DNA from: a bacterium
Lineage (GTDB): Bacteria; UBA8248; JACPRG01; G963555815
Direction: 5' to 3'
Length of the DNA stretch: 64,000 bases
Assembly: GCA_965261595.1 (NCBI GenBank)
Contig: CBDHDG010000006.1
Location: forward strand, 288,001 to 352,000
In this document: in pieces, positions 10,055 through 20,489 of the stretch
Numbering within the stretch: position 1 is the stretch's first letter
Layout of the letters: every line of letters begins with the position of its first letter
Position numbers and translations under genes: made by a program
Notes under the pieces: model-generated
What the model was told of the DNA's origin: nothing
What the model saw: the letters and a program-made list of their open reading frames with translations, nothing else
Databases searched by the model: none

Positions 10055-10558
10055 CTAGGGGCATGAGGAGTAACGCGGCGGACCCGCATCGGTCATTTCC
10101 GAACCGTAATAGACGCGCGCCAGATTCGCCCAATAACCCGCCGTCTCGCACATCCGGCAAGGTCTCGCGGTTGTGTACATGACGCAGCCGCTGAGGTCGC
10201 CCGTTCCCAACCGGCGGCCGGCGTCCCGAATGGCCTCCATTTCTCCATGAGCCGTCGGGTCGTGGCGGACGATCACCCGGCTTGGAGCCTGGCCTACGAT
10301 TTCCCCCCCTTTTACGATGATTGCGCCGAACCCCTGATCTCCGCTCGCGACCGCCAACCGCCTCATCTTCATCGCCCGTTCCATGAAATGTTTTGAGTCG
10401 GCTTGAGCGGGTTGCGTGATCGGGGGGGGCGGACCGTTCGCCTCCGAGGAGCCGGCCGAGAGAATTTTCCCCAGCGTCAGGACCGCTCCGACACCCATCA
10501 CGCTTTTCAAAAACATCCTCCGGTCCTCGGCACGGCTTCCTGAACGCCTTTTCCCCAT
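10055..10558 (-). CDS. Zn-dependent nucleoside/nucleobase deaminase with Tat signal peptide
   Basis: DRRMFLK twin-arginine motif plus hydrophobic core; DPTAHGEMEAIR and PCRMC. Confidence 0.88.
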   Translation of the reverse strand: MGKRRSGSRAEDRRMFLKSVMGVGAVLTLGKILSAGSSEANGPPPPITQPAQADSKHFMERAMKMRRLAVASGDQGFGAIIVKGGEIVGQAPSRVIVRHDPTAHGEMEAIRDAGRRLGTGDLSGCVMYTTARPCRMCETAGYWANLARVYYGSEMTDAGPPRYSSCP

Positions 10559-10748
10559 GATCCCGGCTCTCCCCTGGTGAAAATGCTCGACACAAACTAT
10601 CCGTTGAGACACCCCGGTGGAACCCCTCGGACACCTTCAAGCAGATCCTTGCAAGGCTCAATCCACGAGGGATCAGTCATGATTCCCGCCCTGCCGAGCG
10701 CTCCCCTTACCCTTGACAGCCCGCCTCCATCCGCAACGCCCCGCGATT

Positions 10749-10924
10749 GTCATTCCCGCGCAGGCGGGAATCCAGAAGCACTTCAGATTAGTCCCCATGA
10801 ACCCGACCTCCGCCTGCGCGAAAGGCCCTTCTCCCTCTCGTATACTTCTCAACTCGATGACCAAGCGGGCAGAAGGATGGGCCCGCAGCTCAGAACCTTG
10901 GATTCCCGCCTGCGCGGGAATGAC
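10749..10924. repeat. Inverted pair of GTCATTCCCGCG-CA-GGCGGGAATCCA palindromic REPs (REPIN-like)
   Basis: Copies at 10749-10775 and 10898-10924 (inverted); further copies at 31424-31450 and 48121-48147. Confidence 0.9.
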
Positions 10925-11081
10925 GGCACCGTGTGGACGTTTGACAGTGCCTGTTCTCACGATCGCCGGCGCCGCACAGCCGATGAAAACTGGGGATCAG
11001 TGAACCCACACCTTCCCTTGATTCCCGGCGGCTTGGGTGTATACTTGATCTTCAGAACATATGAATAGACGGACCTGAATC

Positions 11082-11185
11082 CGTTCTCCGAGCCTCCGGG
11101 TGCTTGGACGCAAAAGTTCATGACCCGCGGGCCGATAGGGTTGGGGGGGAGACCCGCCAGCCTCCCGTGTTTGGAAAGGAGAACG
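11082..11185 (+). ncRNA. Moco (molybdenum cofactor) riboswitch-like RNA
   Basis: CTCCGAGC...AGGG...GCCTCCCG..TGGAAAGGAG hallmarks; closing stem CGTTCTCC/GGAGAACG; directly upstream of moaA. Confidence 0.85.
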
Positions 11186-11210
11186 CAGGCCCCGGCGAAG
11201 AATTTTCCCG

Positions 11211-11245
11211 GGCCAGCGTTCCCTTGTGAATGCCGGCCTTTTTTT
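11211..11245 (+). terminator. Intrinsic terminator, expression platform of the Moco RNA
   Basis: GGCCAGCGTTC...GAATGCCGGCC followed by T7. Confidence 0.65.
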
Positions 11246-12266
11246 GGTGCAAGGCGGTTCACCCGTCCCGAGGAAATTCATCCTGGCCCTCTACGACACA
11301 TACGGCCGGCCGCACAACGATCTGCGGATCTCCGTGACCGACCAGTGCAACTTCCGGTGCCAGTATTGCATGCCGGAGGAGGGGATGGTCTGGCTGCCGA
11401 AGGAGCAGATCCTCTCCTTCGAGGAGATCGCCCGGGTCGTGCGCGTCACCTCCGACCTCGGCTTCGACAGCTACCACCTGACGGGCGGGGAGCCCTTGCT
11501 CAGAAAAGAGATCGACCGGCTCGTGCGGATGATGCTCGAGATCAGCCCGGACATGGATCTGGCGCTGACGACGAACGGCGTCCTCCTGCCCCGGCTGGCC
11601 AAGGGCCTTTACGACGCGGGCCTCAGGCGGATCAACATCAGCCTGGACTCCCTGAAGCCCCACAAGTTCCTCGAAATCACCCGCCGGGACATGTTCCGGC
11701 AGACCCTCGACGGCATCCAGGCCGCCGCGGACGCGGGATTCCACCCCATCAAGATCAATGCCGTGGGCATCAACGGGTTCAACCACGACGAGCTGGAAGA
11801 CTTCGGCCGGTGGGCGCGGGAGACCGGCTATATCGTCCGGTTCATCGAGTACATGCCCCTGGACGCCCAGCACAAGTGGGAGATGAACAAGGTCCTCCCG
11901 GCCAAGAAGATCCTCGAGGGGCTCAGTCGCGCCGGAGAGCTCGAGCTCGTCCGGGACAACCCCCACGACCCGGCCACCAAATACCGGTACAAGGACGGCA
12001 AGGGCGAAGTGGGCGTGATCCCGACGGTGACGGAGCCCTTCTGCGCCACGTGCAACCGGATCCGGCTGACAGCGGACGGCATGATCCGGACTTGTTTGTT
12101 CTCGACCGTCGAGCACGACGTCAAGTCGCACCTGCGGGGCGGCGCGGACGACGAAACCATCAAGGAATGGCTGGCGGGGGTCGTCCTCACGAAGACCCCC
12201 GGCCACCTGATCGGCCAAAAGGAGTTCGTCCAGCCCGAGCGGGGCATGAGCGCCATCGGAGGGTAG
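11226..12266 (+). CDS. moaA: GTP 3',8-cyclase MoaA (true start probably further downstream)
   Basis: LRISVTDQCNFRCQYCMP, FCATCNRIRLTADG, C-terminal MSAIGG. Confidence 0.96.
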   Translation: MNAGLFLVQGGSPVPRKFILALYDTYGRPHNDLRISVTDQCNFRCQYCMPEEGMVWLPKEQILSFEEIARVVRVTSDLGFDSYHLTGGEPLLRKEIDRLVRMMLEISPDMDLALTTNGVLLPRLAKGLYDAGLRRINISLDSLKPHKFLEITRRDMFRQTLDGIQAAADAGFHPIKINAVGINGFNHDELEDFGRWARETGYIVRFIEYMPLDAQHKWEMNKVLPAKKILEGLSRAGELELVRDNPHDPATKYRYKDGKGEVGVIPTVTEPFCATCNRIRLTADGMIRTCLFSTVEHDVKSHLRGGADDETIKEWLAGVVLTKTPGHLIGQKEFVQPERGMSAIGG

Positions 12267-12348
12267 CCATGCGGCCTCGGAATAACAGCCGCGAAAAAGG
12301 CGCCGGGGCGCGCCTGGCCCCGCGGCTCCGGAATCGGCCGCGAACCAC

Positions 12349-12402
12349 TTGACACGGGGAGAACCGGGGCGTAAATTATATCCGATAAGAAAAGTCGGAT
12401 AT
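12349..12402 (+). promoter_or_regulatory. Sigma70 promoter with adjacent IscR-type operator
   Basis: TTGACA (12349) -17 nt- TAAATT (12372); palindrome ATATCCGATAAGAAAAGTCGGATAT at 12378-12402 resembles the type-1 IscR site. Confidence 0.8.
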
Positions 12403-12427
12403 AGACAGTCCGCCGATTGGAGCGAAG

Positions 12428-12877
12428 ATGCTCTCTCTCACGAAAAAGACCGATTATGCGATCCTCGCGCTCAGTAGCTTGGCCTCCGTGGATGAGGGCA
12501 AGGTGCTCAATGTGCGGGAGATTGCGACGCAATTCGACCTTCCCGCCGAGCTGTTGGCCAAGGCCATGCAGTGCCTGGCGCGGGAGGGTCTGGTCATCTC
12601 GTATGCGGGCCCCGCGGGCGGATATTCGCTGGCCCGCGACCCGGTTGAGATCAGTGTGGCCGACATCGTGTTGGCCCTCGAGGGCCCCCTGAGGATAGCC
12701 AGCTGCTTCGATGAGGACAGTCCCAATCTTTGCGCCGCCATCGAAAAGTGCACCTTGCGGGAGCCCATTAAACGACTGCAACAACGGCTCTTCGAACTGC
12801 TGGACGGCATCTCGCTGGCGGAGATGAGCCAAGACCTCGTTGGAGTGAGTGATGAAACTTCCCATCTACATGGATAA
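12428..12877 (+). CDS. iscR: Rrf2-family regulator (IscR-like)
   Basis: [18 protein letters not shown], three C-terminal Cys; first gene of the isc operon. Confidence 0.85.
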   Translation: MLSLTKKTDYAILALSSLASVDEGKVLNVREIATQFDLPAELLAKAMQCLAREGLVISYAGPAGGYSLARDPVEISVADIVLALEGPLRIASCFDEDSPNLCAAIEKCTLREPIKRLQQRLFELLDGISLAEMSQDLVGVSDETSHLHG

Positions 12878-14066
12878 TCACGCCACCACCCCGGTGGACC
12901 CGAGAGTGTTGGAGGAGATGAATCCTTACTTCGCACAGGACTTCGGCAACGCGGCCAGCCGCAACCATTCCTTCGGCTGGCGGGCGGAGGAGGGGGTGGA
13001 CGAGGCCCGGGCGCGCGTGGCGGCGCTGATCAACGCCGATCCCAAAGAGATCATCTTCACCAGTGGGGCCACCGAATCGGACAACCTCGCGCTCAAGGGC
13101 GTGGCGGCGCTTTACAAGGAGAAGGGCAACCACATCATCACCAGCAAGATCGAGCACAAGGCCATCCTGGACAGCGCCAAGACCCTGGAGCGCCAGGGGT
13201 TCGAGGTGACCTACCTCGTGCCGGACGAATACGGCCGGACCTCGCTGGAGAGCGTCGAGGAGGCCCTGAGAGACGATACGATTCTGGTGTCGATCATGCT
13301 GGCCAACAACGAGATCGGGACCATCAACCCCATCGCCGAGATTGGGCGGTGCGTCAAGGAGCGGGGGATCGTCTTTCACACCGACGCCGTCCAGGGGGTG
13401 GGGAAAATCCCCGTGGACGTCCAGGCCATGAACATCGACCTGCTCTCCCTGTCGGCGCACAAGATTTACGGCCCCAAAGGGGTCGGCGCTCTTTACGTCC
13501 GGCGGAAAAAACCCCGCATTCGTCTGGCCCCAATCATCGACGGCGGGGGACACGAGCGCGGCATGCGGTCGGGCACGCTCAACGTGACGGGGATCATCGG
13601 CCTCGGCAAGGCCTGCCAAATCTGCGGCGAGGAGATGGATGAGGAGAATGGCCGGCTGATCGGCCTCCGGGACAAGATCCACAACGAAATCACCGAGCGT
13701 CTGGATGAGGTCCACCTCAACGGCCATCCGACCGAGCGGCTGCCTCATTCGCTCAATCTGAGCTTCGCCTACGTGGAAGGGGAATCGATGCTGATGGGGC
13801 TCAACGAAATCGCCATCTCATCGGGCTCGGCCTGCACGTCGGCGACGCTGGAACCCTCCTACGTCCTGAAGGGCATCGGACGCGGAGACGAGTTGGCGCA
13901 TTCCTCCCTGCGCTTCGGCCTGGGACGTTTCAACACGGAGGAGGAAGTGGATTACACCATCGGGCGCGTGGTGGAGGTCGTCGCCCGCCTTCGCGAGATG
14001 AGTCCGCTGTACGAGATGGCCAAGGAAGGCATCGACCTGAGCACCATCAAGTGGGCTGAACACTAA
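12852..14066 (+). CDS. iscS: Cysteine desulfurase IscS
   Basis: [30 protein letters not shown]. Confidence 0.97.
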   Translation: MKLPIYMDNHATTPVDPRVLEEMNPYFAQDFGNAASRNHSFGWRAEEGVDEARARVAALINADPKEIIFTSGATESDNLALKGVAALYKEKGNHIITSKIEHKAILDSAKTLERQGFEVTYLVPDEYGRTSLESVEEALRDDTILVSIMLANNEIGTINPIAEIGRCVKERGIVFHTDAVQGVGKIPVDVQAMNIDLLSLSAHKIYGPKGVGALYVRRKKPRIRLAPIIDGGGHERGMRSGTLNVTGIIGLGKACQICGEEMDEENGRLIGLRDKIHNEITERLDEVHLNGHPTERLPHSLNLSFAYVEGESMLMGLNEIAISSGSACTSATLEPSYVLKGIGRGDELAHSSLRFGLGRFNTEEEVDYTIGRVVEVVARLREMSPLYEMAKEGIDLSTIKWAEH

Positions 14067-14122
14067 GAACGTGTCGGACCACAGTCCGAGCGGGACATAA
14101 ACAATAGGGAAGGAGCGGCAAC

Positions 14123-14509
14123 ATGGTTTACAGCGACAAAGTCGTGGATCATTTCAACAACCCCCGAAACCTGGGGAGCCTGGACAAGTCGGACCCCGCC
14201 GTGGGGACGGGGCTCGCCGGCGCGCCGGAGTGCGGCGACGTGATGAAGCTTCAGATCAAGGTCAATGATCAGGGCGTCATCGAAGAGGCCAAGTTCAAGA
14301 CCTTCGGGTGCGGCAGCGCCATCGCCAGCTCCAGCCTCGCCACCGAGATGATGAAGGGCAGGACGCCGGACGAGGCCCTGGCGATCAAGAACACCATTAT
14401 CGTGGAAGAGCTCAGCCTTCCCCCCGTCAAGATTCACTGTTCGGTTCTGGCGGAAGACGCGATCGTTGCCGCTGTCAAGGACTACAAAGCAAAGAAAACC
14501 GGGGCGTAA
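14123..14509 (+). CDS. iscU: Fe-S scaffold IscU
   Basis: GAPECGDVM, KTFGCGSAIASSS, LPPVKIHCS. Confidence 0.97.
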   Translation: MVYSDKVVDHFNNPRNLGSLDKSDPAVGTGLAGAPECGDVMKLQIKVNDQGVIEEAKFKTFGCGSAIASSSLATEMMKGRTPDEALAIKNTIIVEELSLPPVKIHCSVLAEDAIVAAVKDYKAKKTGA

Positions 14510-14536
14510 GCCTCCATCCAAGGAAAGGAGACGCGG

Positions 14537-14860
14537 ATGATCACCTTGACGGGGACCGCGATCAAACAGGTCAAGCATCTCTTCGATGAGCAGAACCTCC
14601 AGGATTACGCCCTCCGGGTCGGCATCCAGGGCGGAGGCTGCTCGGGTCTCTCTTACACGCTGGGATTCGACTCCGAGATCAAAGAGAAGGACAAAGTGTT
14701 CGAAATCGAGGGAATCAAGGTCGTGGTCGACATGAAGAGCCTTCTCTACCTCGGCGGGACGACGCTGACGTACGAGGAATCCATGATGGGCGGGGGATTC
14801 CGGTTCGAGAATCCGAACGCCAAGCGGACTTGCGGCTGCGGAAGCTCCTTCACCGCCTGA
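14537..14860 (+). CDS. iscA: A-type Fe-S carrier IscA/HesB
   Basis: GGGCSG, NPNAKRTCGCGSSF. Confidence 0.95.
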   Translation: MITLTGTAIKQVKHLFDEQNLQDYALRVGIQGGGCSGLSYTLGFDSEIKEKDKVFEIEGIKVVVDMKSLLYLGGTTLTYEESMMGGGFRFENPNAKRTCGCGSSFTA

Positions 14861-15035
14861 CTCCCTGCCCGGCAGGGGCTGGAGATCGCTGAAGTTGGGA
14901 ACGGGGGTCTTTTCGGGATGAGGCATGCCGCCTTCTCCGAAAAGGCCCCTGATTTTTGGCGCGAACCGGCTGAACGTCCGGGCGAAAGGACAACCAGGGG
15001 AGGGTGACCGACTTTTCGGGAAGGGGTGGCCGAAC

Positions 15036-15737
15036 ATGGACAAGACCGGACCGGATTCCGGGCAAGCCGCCAGACACCTGTGTTGGGACTGCAATCAGGA
15101 AACCGCCGGAGGGCCTCTTTGCGAGCATTGCTCCAAGATCCAGCCCGCCGGACCGGGCACAGACCACTTTCAGTTCATGGGGCTGCCGCGGCGGCTTCGG
15201 ATCGACGTCCAGGACCTGGAGCGCCGCTTCTACGGCCTGAGCCGGACTCTCCATCCGGATTTTTATCAGAACGCCGAATCCTACGAGCAGCGGGTCAGCC
15301 TGGAGAACTCGGCCGTTCTCAATCGGGCGTACCGGGCGCTTCGGGAGCCTTTTGCGCGGGCCGAATACCTGGTGAAATTGGAATTCGGGTCGGACAAAGA
15401 GCTCGTCCCCTCCCCTCCGGATGAGTTTCTGGAACAGGTCTTCGAGTTCAACGAAAGGCTCCAGGAATTTCAGTCTGAAGACGACGAAGGGCGAAAGAAG
15501 GCGCTGGGCGCGGAGTTGAAGGAAGACCAACGCCTCTTCGAGGAAAGGGAGGCCGCCCTGCTGTCGCGCCTGGATGACCTGTTCGGCCGCTGGGACGCCG
15601 CCGCGGACGCAGGGGGGGGGGGGGAAGACCCGGCGGAGACCCTCGAAGACCTGAAGACGGTGCTTTCTCAGCGCAAATACATCCAAAACGCCGTGAGAGA
15701 CATCACGGAGGCCCTCCATTGCCATACGTCAGTCTGA
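15036..15737 (+). CDS. hscB: Co-chaperone HscB with N-terminal CxxC...CxxC knuckle
   Basis: CWDC/CEHC, HPD J-domain motif, [13 protein letters not shown]. Confidence 0.92.
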   Translation: MDKTGPDSGQAARHLCWDCNQETAGGPLCEHCSKIQPAGPGTDHFQFMGLPRRLRIDVQDLERRFYGLSRTLHPDFYQNAESYEQRVSLENSAVLNRAYRALREPFARAEYLVKLEFGSDKELVPSPPDEFLEQVFEFNERLQEFQSEDDEGRKKALGAELKEDQRLFEEREAALLSRLDDLFGRWDAAADAGGGGEDPAETLEDLKTVLSQRKYIQNAVRDITEALHCHTSV

Positions 15738-17590
15738 ACCGTTCGGGAAGCCCGGACCCGGATCCCATCATCGGAATCGACCTGGGAACGACCAAGAGCG
15801 TGGCCGCCTACATGGACGGCGACGAGCCCCGGGTGATCCAGGATGAGGACGGGGACGGCATCCTCCCCTCGGTGATCGGGATCAGCGATTCCGGGTTCAT
15901 CGTGGGGAAGCGGGCCCGGCGGGAAGCCGTTTCGCGGGCGGACCGGACAATCTATTCGATCAAGCGGTTCATGGGGAGATCCCTCGAAGACATGGGGGAC
16001 GACCTCGAGTTCCTGCCCTTCGAGGTCTCGCTCGAATCGGGGACCGTCATCCACATCCGGGTCGGCGAGGCCGAATACACCCCGGCCGATCTTTCAGCGC
16101 TCATCCTGCGGGAGTTGAAGGAGCGGGCGGAACGGCGCCTGGGCCGCGAGGTCCGTAGGGCCGTGATCACCGTCCCGGCCTACTTCAACGACAGTCAGCG
16201 CCAGTCCACCAAGGACGCGGGCCGGATCGCCGGCCTGGAAGTGCTTCGCATCGTCAACGAGCCGACCGCGGCGTCGCTGGCCTACGGCCTGGACCGCGGG
16301 CGGGACGGCCTGATCGCCGTCTACGACTTCGGGGGCGGAACCTTCGACGTCTCCATCCTGAAGCTGCACGACGGGATCTTCGAAGTGCTCTCGACCTGCG
16401 GGGACTCACACCTGGGCGGAGACGATATCGACCACGTGCTCATCAAGCATTTCCGGCCCGCCGTTGAAGAAGCCGCCGGCCTGTCACTGCGGGACAGTCC
16501 GGCCGTCCTTCAGGCCCTCAAGGACGCCCTCGAAGACGCCAAGATTCAGCTGTCCGACGTGGAGCGCGCCGAGGTGATCGTTGCGGCGCCGGCCGGGGCC
16601 GAAGCCTTCCGGACCGGGTTGGACATCGAGACCTTCGAGTCCCTGATCACCCCGGTGGTGGATCGAACCCTGGCGCCATGCCGCCAGGCCCTGAAGGACG
16701 CGGGGGTCTCCCCCGCGGACCTGGACGAAGTGGTTCTCGTCGGCGGGACCACGCTCATTCCGCTGGTCCGCCGGAAGGTGGAATCCCTGTTCGGGAAGAG
16801 GCCCCATACGGAGTTGAACCCGCGCGAGGTGGTGGCCCTGGGCGCAGCCGTTCAGGCCGGCGTCCTGGCCGGGACCGTTCAGGACATCCTCCTGTTGGAC
16901 GTGACCCCCCTGTCTTTGGGCATCGGGGTGATGGGCGGGGTGACCAGCGTCCTGATTCCCCGCAACAGCACCATTCCCACCAGCGCCCACGAGACGTTCA
17001 CAACGTACGTGGACGGCCAGGCGTCCGTGGACATCCACGTGGTTCAGGGGGAGCGGGAGCTGGCGGCGGACAACCGAAGCCTGGCCCAGTTCCAATTTCG
17101 GGGGATCGAGCCGATGCCGGCCGGGATCCCCCGTATCGAGGTGAAGTTCCTCATCGACGCCAACGGCATTCTCAACGTGTCCGCGAAGGACACGAAGACC
17201 GGAAGCGTCCAGTCGGTCGAGGTCAAGCCGTCCTATGGACTCACCGACGAGGAAGTGGAGCGGATGATCCGCGAATCATTCGATTCCGCGGAGTCCGATC
17301 TCACGGCCCGCTTCCTCATCGAGGCGCGGACCAAGGCCGAAACCGTCATGCGGGCGGCCGAGAAGGCATTGGCCCAAGGGGCGGGCCTCATCGGTGAAGA
17401 CGAGAAGAAGGAGATCGAGGAGAACCTCGTTTCCATGCGGGACGCCGTTCAGGGCGACGACCGGGAGGTCATCCAATCCCGCCTGGATCGATTGAACGAG
17501 GCCTCTTTGCACCTCGCCGAGGTGCTCATGGACAACACGCTGAAGGCCGCCGTCGAGGACCACGCGGTTGAGGATTTCCTGACGGAATGA
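15719..17590 (+). CDS. hscA: Hsp70-type Fe-S chaperone HscA
   Basis: [34 protein letters not shown]; isc context. Confidence 0.92.
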   Translation: MPYVSLNRSGSPDPDPIIGIDLGTTKSVAAYMDGDEPRVIQDEDGDGILPSVIGISDSGFIVGKRARREAVSRADRTIYSIKRFMGRSLEDMGDDLEFLPFEVSLESGTVIHIRVGEAEYTPADLSALILRELKERAERRLGREVRRAVITVPAYFNDSQRQSTKDAGRIAGLEVLRIVNEPTAASLAYGLDRGRDGLIAVYDFGGGTFDVSILKLHDGIFEVLSTCGDSHLGGDDIDHVLIKHFRPAVEEAAGLSLRDSPAVLQALKDALEDAKIQLSDVERAEVIVAAPAGAEAFRTGLDIETFESLITPVVDRTLAPCRQALKDAGVSPADLDEVVLVGGTTLIPLVRRKVESLFGKRPHTELNPREVVALGAAVQAGVLAGTVQDILLLDVTPLSLGIGVMGGVTSVLIPRNSTIPTSAHETFTTYVDGQASVDIHVVQGERELAADNRSLAQFQFRGIEPMPAGIPRIEVKFLIDANGILNVSAKDTKTGSVQSVEVKPSYGLTDEEVERMIRESFDSAESDLTARFLIEARTKAETVMRAAEKALAQGAGLIGEDEKKEIEENLVSMRDAVQGDDREVIQSRLDRLNEASLHLAEVLMDNTLKAAVEDHAVEDFLTE

Positions 17591-17650
17591 ATCCGCCGCG
17601 GGGGTTCGCATCGCACGCCGGCCACACATGCCTTGAGGGGGGTGGCGCGA

Positions 17651-18067
17651 ATGTATCAAGTGACCTTCGTTCCGGAAAACGTCATGGTGGAGACTGAGGC
17701 GGGAGAAACCCTCCTGGACCTAGCCAACCGGAACGGCATCTTCATCGACAGCAACTGCGGCGGATTCTGCGCCTGCAGCACCTGCCATGTGATCATCAAA
17801 GAAGGCATGGAGCACCTGCCGGAGGCGACCGAGGAGGAGGAGGACCAGCTCGACGAGGCCACCGGTCTGACCCTGACCAGCCGCCTCAGCTGCCAATGCA
17901 TCCTCGGAGAAGAAGGACCCGGCGAGGGCGAGCTTGTGGTCGAGATTCCCCTGCACAACCGGAACGCCCCGGGGATCATCGGCGGCCACGCCCACGGGGA
18001 CGACGACCACGATCACGGGGACGATCACGACCACGTCGCCGAACACGCCCACAACGAAGGACATTAG
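17651..18067 (+). CDS. fdx: ISC 2Fe-2S ferredoxin with His/Asp-rich tail
   Basis: CGGFCACSTCHV, SRLSCQ. Confidence 0.92.
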   Translation: MYQVTFVPENVMVETEAGETLLDLANRNGIFIDSNCGGFCACSTCHVIIKEGMEHLPEATEEEEDQLDEATGLTLTSRLSCQCILGEEGPGEGELVVEIPLHNRNAPGIIGGHAHGDDDHDHGDDHDHVAEHAHNEGH

Positions 18068-18076
18068 CCGCCCGTG

Positions 18077-18292
18077 ATGAAATTTGGATGGCACGACCCC
18101 GAAGACATCGGCATCGCGCTCTACGAGAAGCATCCGGACCAGGACCCGCTGGCCGTCCGCTTCACCGATCTTCACCGTTGGGTCACGGAGTTGGAGGACT
18201 TCGACGATGAGCCGAAGGAGTCCAACGAAGGGCTCCTCGAAGCCGTTCAAATGGCCTGGTTGGAAGAGTACCGGGATAACCAGGAAGAATAA
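18077..18292 (+). CDS. iscX: Fe-S assembly protein IscX
   Basis: HPDQDPLAVRFTDLHRWV, LEAVQMAWLEE. Confidence 0.95.
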   Translation: MKFGWHDPEDIGIALYEKHPDQDPLAVRFTDLHRWVTELEDFDDEPKESNEGLLEAVQMAWLEEYRDNQEE

Positions 18293-18453
18293 TCCGCCGC
18301 CGGGTCCGTTCGCTCAGTCTGAAAACGGGGTACGCGCCGCGCGCAAGAAATGTCCGCGGCGCCGGCAAAGGCCGGCGGATGTGAGCGGGAAAGGAGCGGC
18401 CGCACGGCCACTCCTTTCTTTGTCCGGGACCAGAGAGAAAGAAAAACCCGCAC

Positions 18454-19737
18454 TCAGCGGCGGCGGAAGGACCTGCCCCTGCCCCGGCGGGAAAGGGAGG
18501 GGGCGGAAGGCTTGCGGTTTTCCAGATCCAGGACGTACGCGAAGTCTCCGTAATCGAAGTTCTCCTCGCGCCCTTTGGCAATCTCCATTCCAATGAACCG
18601 TTCGATCGCCTTCAGCATGTGCTCCTCGTCCAGGGTGAGCAGCGTCACGGCCCAACCAGCGGCGTCCGCCCGGGCGGTCCGGCCGATGCGGTGGATGTAG
18701 TCCTCCGGGTTATCCGGAACGTTGTAATTGATCACATAGGTGATGCCCTCGATGTCCAGCCCGCGCGCGGCGACATCGGTGGCCACCAGGATCTGCGTTT
18801 TCCCGCGGCGGAAATCGGACAGGGCCTTTTCACGCTCATTTTGGCGGCGGTCGGAATGAATCAGGTCGATCGAAAACCCCTCCCGCATGAGCATCTGCGC
18901 CAGGACGTTCACGTCCTGGCGGGTCCTGGCGAACAGGAGGAGCCGGCCGTACTCTCTCTCCCGGAGGATGTGAAGAAGGAGATCCATCTTGCGGGATTTC
19001 GAGACGCGGTAAGCCAGGTGCTCTATCCCTTCCGCCGGCGCGGCCCTTCTGCCGACCTCGACCGTGACCGGGTCGGTGAGGGCGGCCCCAGCCAGCGCCC
19101 GGATCCCCACCGGCATCGTCGCTGAAAACAGCATGGATTGCCGCTTCTTGGGAAGAAAGGTCAAAATCCGCCGGATGTCCGGGGCGAATCCCATGTCGAG
19201 CATTCGATCCGCCTCGTCCAGGATGAGAAATTGAAGTTTCTTGAAATGGACGTTTCTGCGCCTCATTTGATCCAGGAGGCGACCCGGCGTGGCGACCACC
19301 ACGTCCACGCCGGCCGCCATGCGCTTCGCCTGGACGTCTATGCTCACGCCGCCGTATACCTGGACGATTTTGCACTGAGAAAACTTTGCCAGCTCTTCGA
19401 AATGCTCGGCCACCTGAACCGCCAATTCCCTTGTGGGCGTCAGGACCAGGGCGCGAGGCCCGCCCCTCCCCCCCCCCTCTTTGAGCCGTTGCAGGATAGG
19501 CAGGGCGAACGCCCCCGTCTTCCCCGTGCCGGTCTGGGCGCAGGCAATCAGATCCCGTCCCGCCAAGGCCGCGGGAATGGCGTCCGACTGAATGGGCGTC
19601 GGTTTCTCCCACCCCGCCTCCTGGACGGCGCGCAGAAGCGGGGGGGACAGGTTGAGTTGCTCGAATGAGGTGATTGGTTCGGGCGCAACGGGGCCGCCGG
19701 CATCGGTTGCCGGCAGCGCAACTTCCACGGAATCCAT
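18454..19737 (-). CDS. DEAD-box RNA helicase (RhlE-like)
   Basis: AQTGTGKT, PTRELA, DEADRMLDMGF, SAT, HRIGRTAR. Confidence 0.95.
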   Translation of the reverse strand: MDSVEVALPATDAGGPVAPEPITSFEQLNLSPPLLRAVQEAGWEKPTPIQSDAIPAALAGRDLIACAQTGTGKTGAFALPILQRLKEGGGRGGPRALVLTPTRELAVQVAEHFEELAKFSQCKIVQVYGGVSIDVQAKRMAAGVDVVVATPGRLLDQMRRRNVHFKKLQFLILDEADRMLDMGFAPDIRRILTFLPKKRQSMLFSATMPVGIRALAGAALTDPVTVEVGRRAAPAEGIEHLAYRVSKSRKMDLLLHILREREYGRLLLFARTRQDVNVLAQMLMREGFSIDLIHSDRRQNEREKALSDFRRGKTQILVATDVAARGLDIEGITYVINYNVPDNPEDYIHRIGRTARADAAGWAVTLLTLDEEHMLKAIERFIGMEIAKGREENFDYGDFAYVLDLENRKPSAPSLSRRGRGRSFRRR

Positions 19738-20102
19738 CAAATCTCTCTTTCTGTCACAAAAAAAGGCCCGGCGAATCTCCGCGCCCTTCCTGCTCGGTTG
19801 GACCTACGCCTGGTTGACAGAGAGAAGTGGAATCCTTCTGGGTTACAGAAAACCCCCGTGAGCCGCTTGGGCCGCGGAGATTCTCATCAGGCGTACGGTC
19901 GTTGCATTGGGTCGGCGCTTCGAGAATATCCACTGATATAAATACTTAGCGCATCGGGAGGGATTAAGCAAATCGATTTACTCGGTCGAATCGAATAGGG
20001 TCGGACGTTAACTTTTGGATTTTTGCGCAGCGTTCCTCCCCCGCTCTAGGGTTTTGTTGGACACTCGATTGATCCATGATTCATGGAGAAAGGGGTGTCG
20101 CG

Positions 20103-20489
20103 ATGAACGAACAAAAGCAAGAGGGGGCTTTGGCGGAGGGCGCCCGCAGGGCGAACGGAGCCAAGGCCCCAGGGCATCGCAGTGAGCGGGGTCGGTTCTC
20201 CTGCCAGCGCAAGCGGGAGGCGGTCCTGCGTCTTTTGCGGGGCGAGAGCCTGGAGACGCTCTGCCGCGAGTTGGGCACGACAGCGGCTCGGCTTTCCGCC
20301 TGGCGCGAGGCGTTCCTTCGCGGGGGCGAGGCGGCGCTCAAAGCCCGCCCGGCGGATGAGCGGGACGAGGAGAACGCCCGGCTCAAGGCCAAGGTGGGCG
20401 AACTCACGATGGAGGGCGAGGTCCTGCGGGAGAAGATCGACCGCCTGGAGGCCGGCCGCCCTTTAGCCGGCAGGAGGTGGAGGCGATGA
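20103..20489 (+). CDS. IS3 OrfA (HTH + coiled coil)
   Basis: RKREAVLRLLRGE, LKAKVGELTME; ATGA overlap with orfB. Confidence 0.88.
   Translation: MNEQKQEGALAEGARRANGAKAPGHRSERGRFSCQRKREAVLRLLRGESLETLCRELGTTAARLSAWREAFLRGGEAALKARPADERDEENARLKAKVGELTMEGEVLREKIDRLEAGRPLAGRRWRR

Noticed and set aside
10577..11068. ORFs containing VIPAQAGIQ / LDSRLRGND peptides (also near 31171-31615 and 47969-48339)
   Set aside because: They are translations of the REP palindromes, not genes.
14537..14860. HesB-like selenoprotein
   Set aside because: All conserved Cys residues are encoded by TGC and there is no in-frame TGA.
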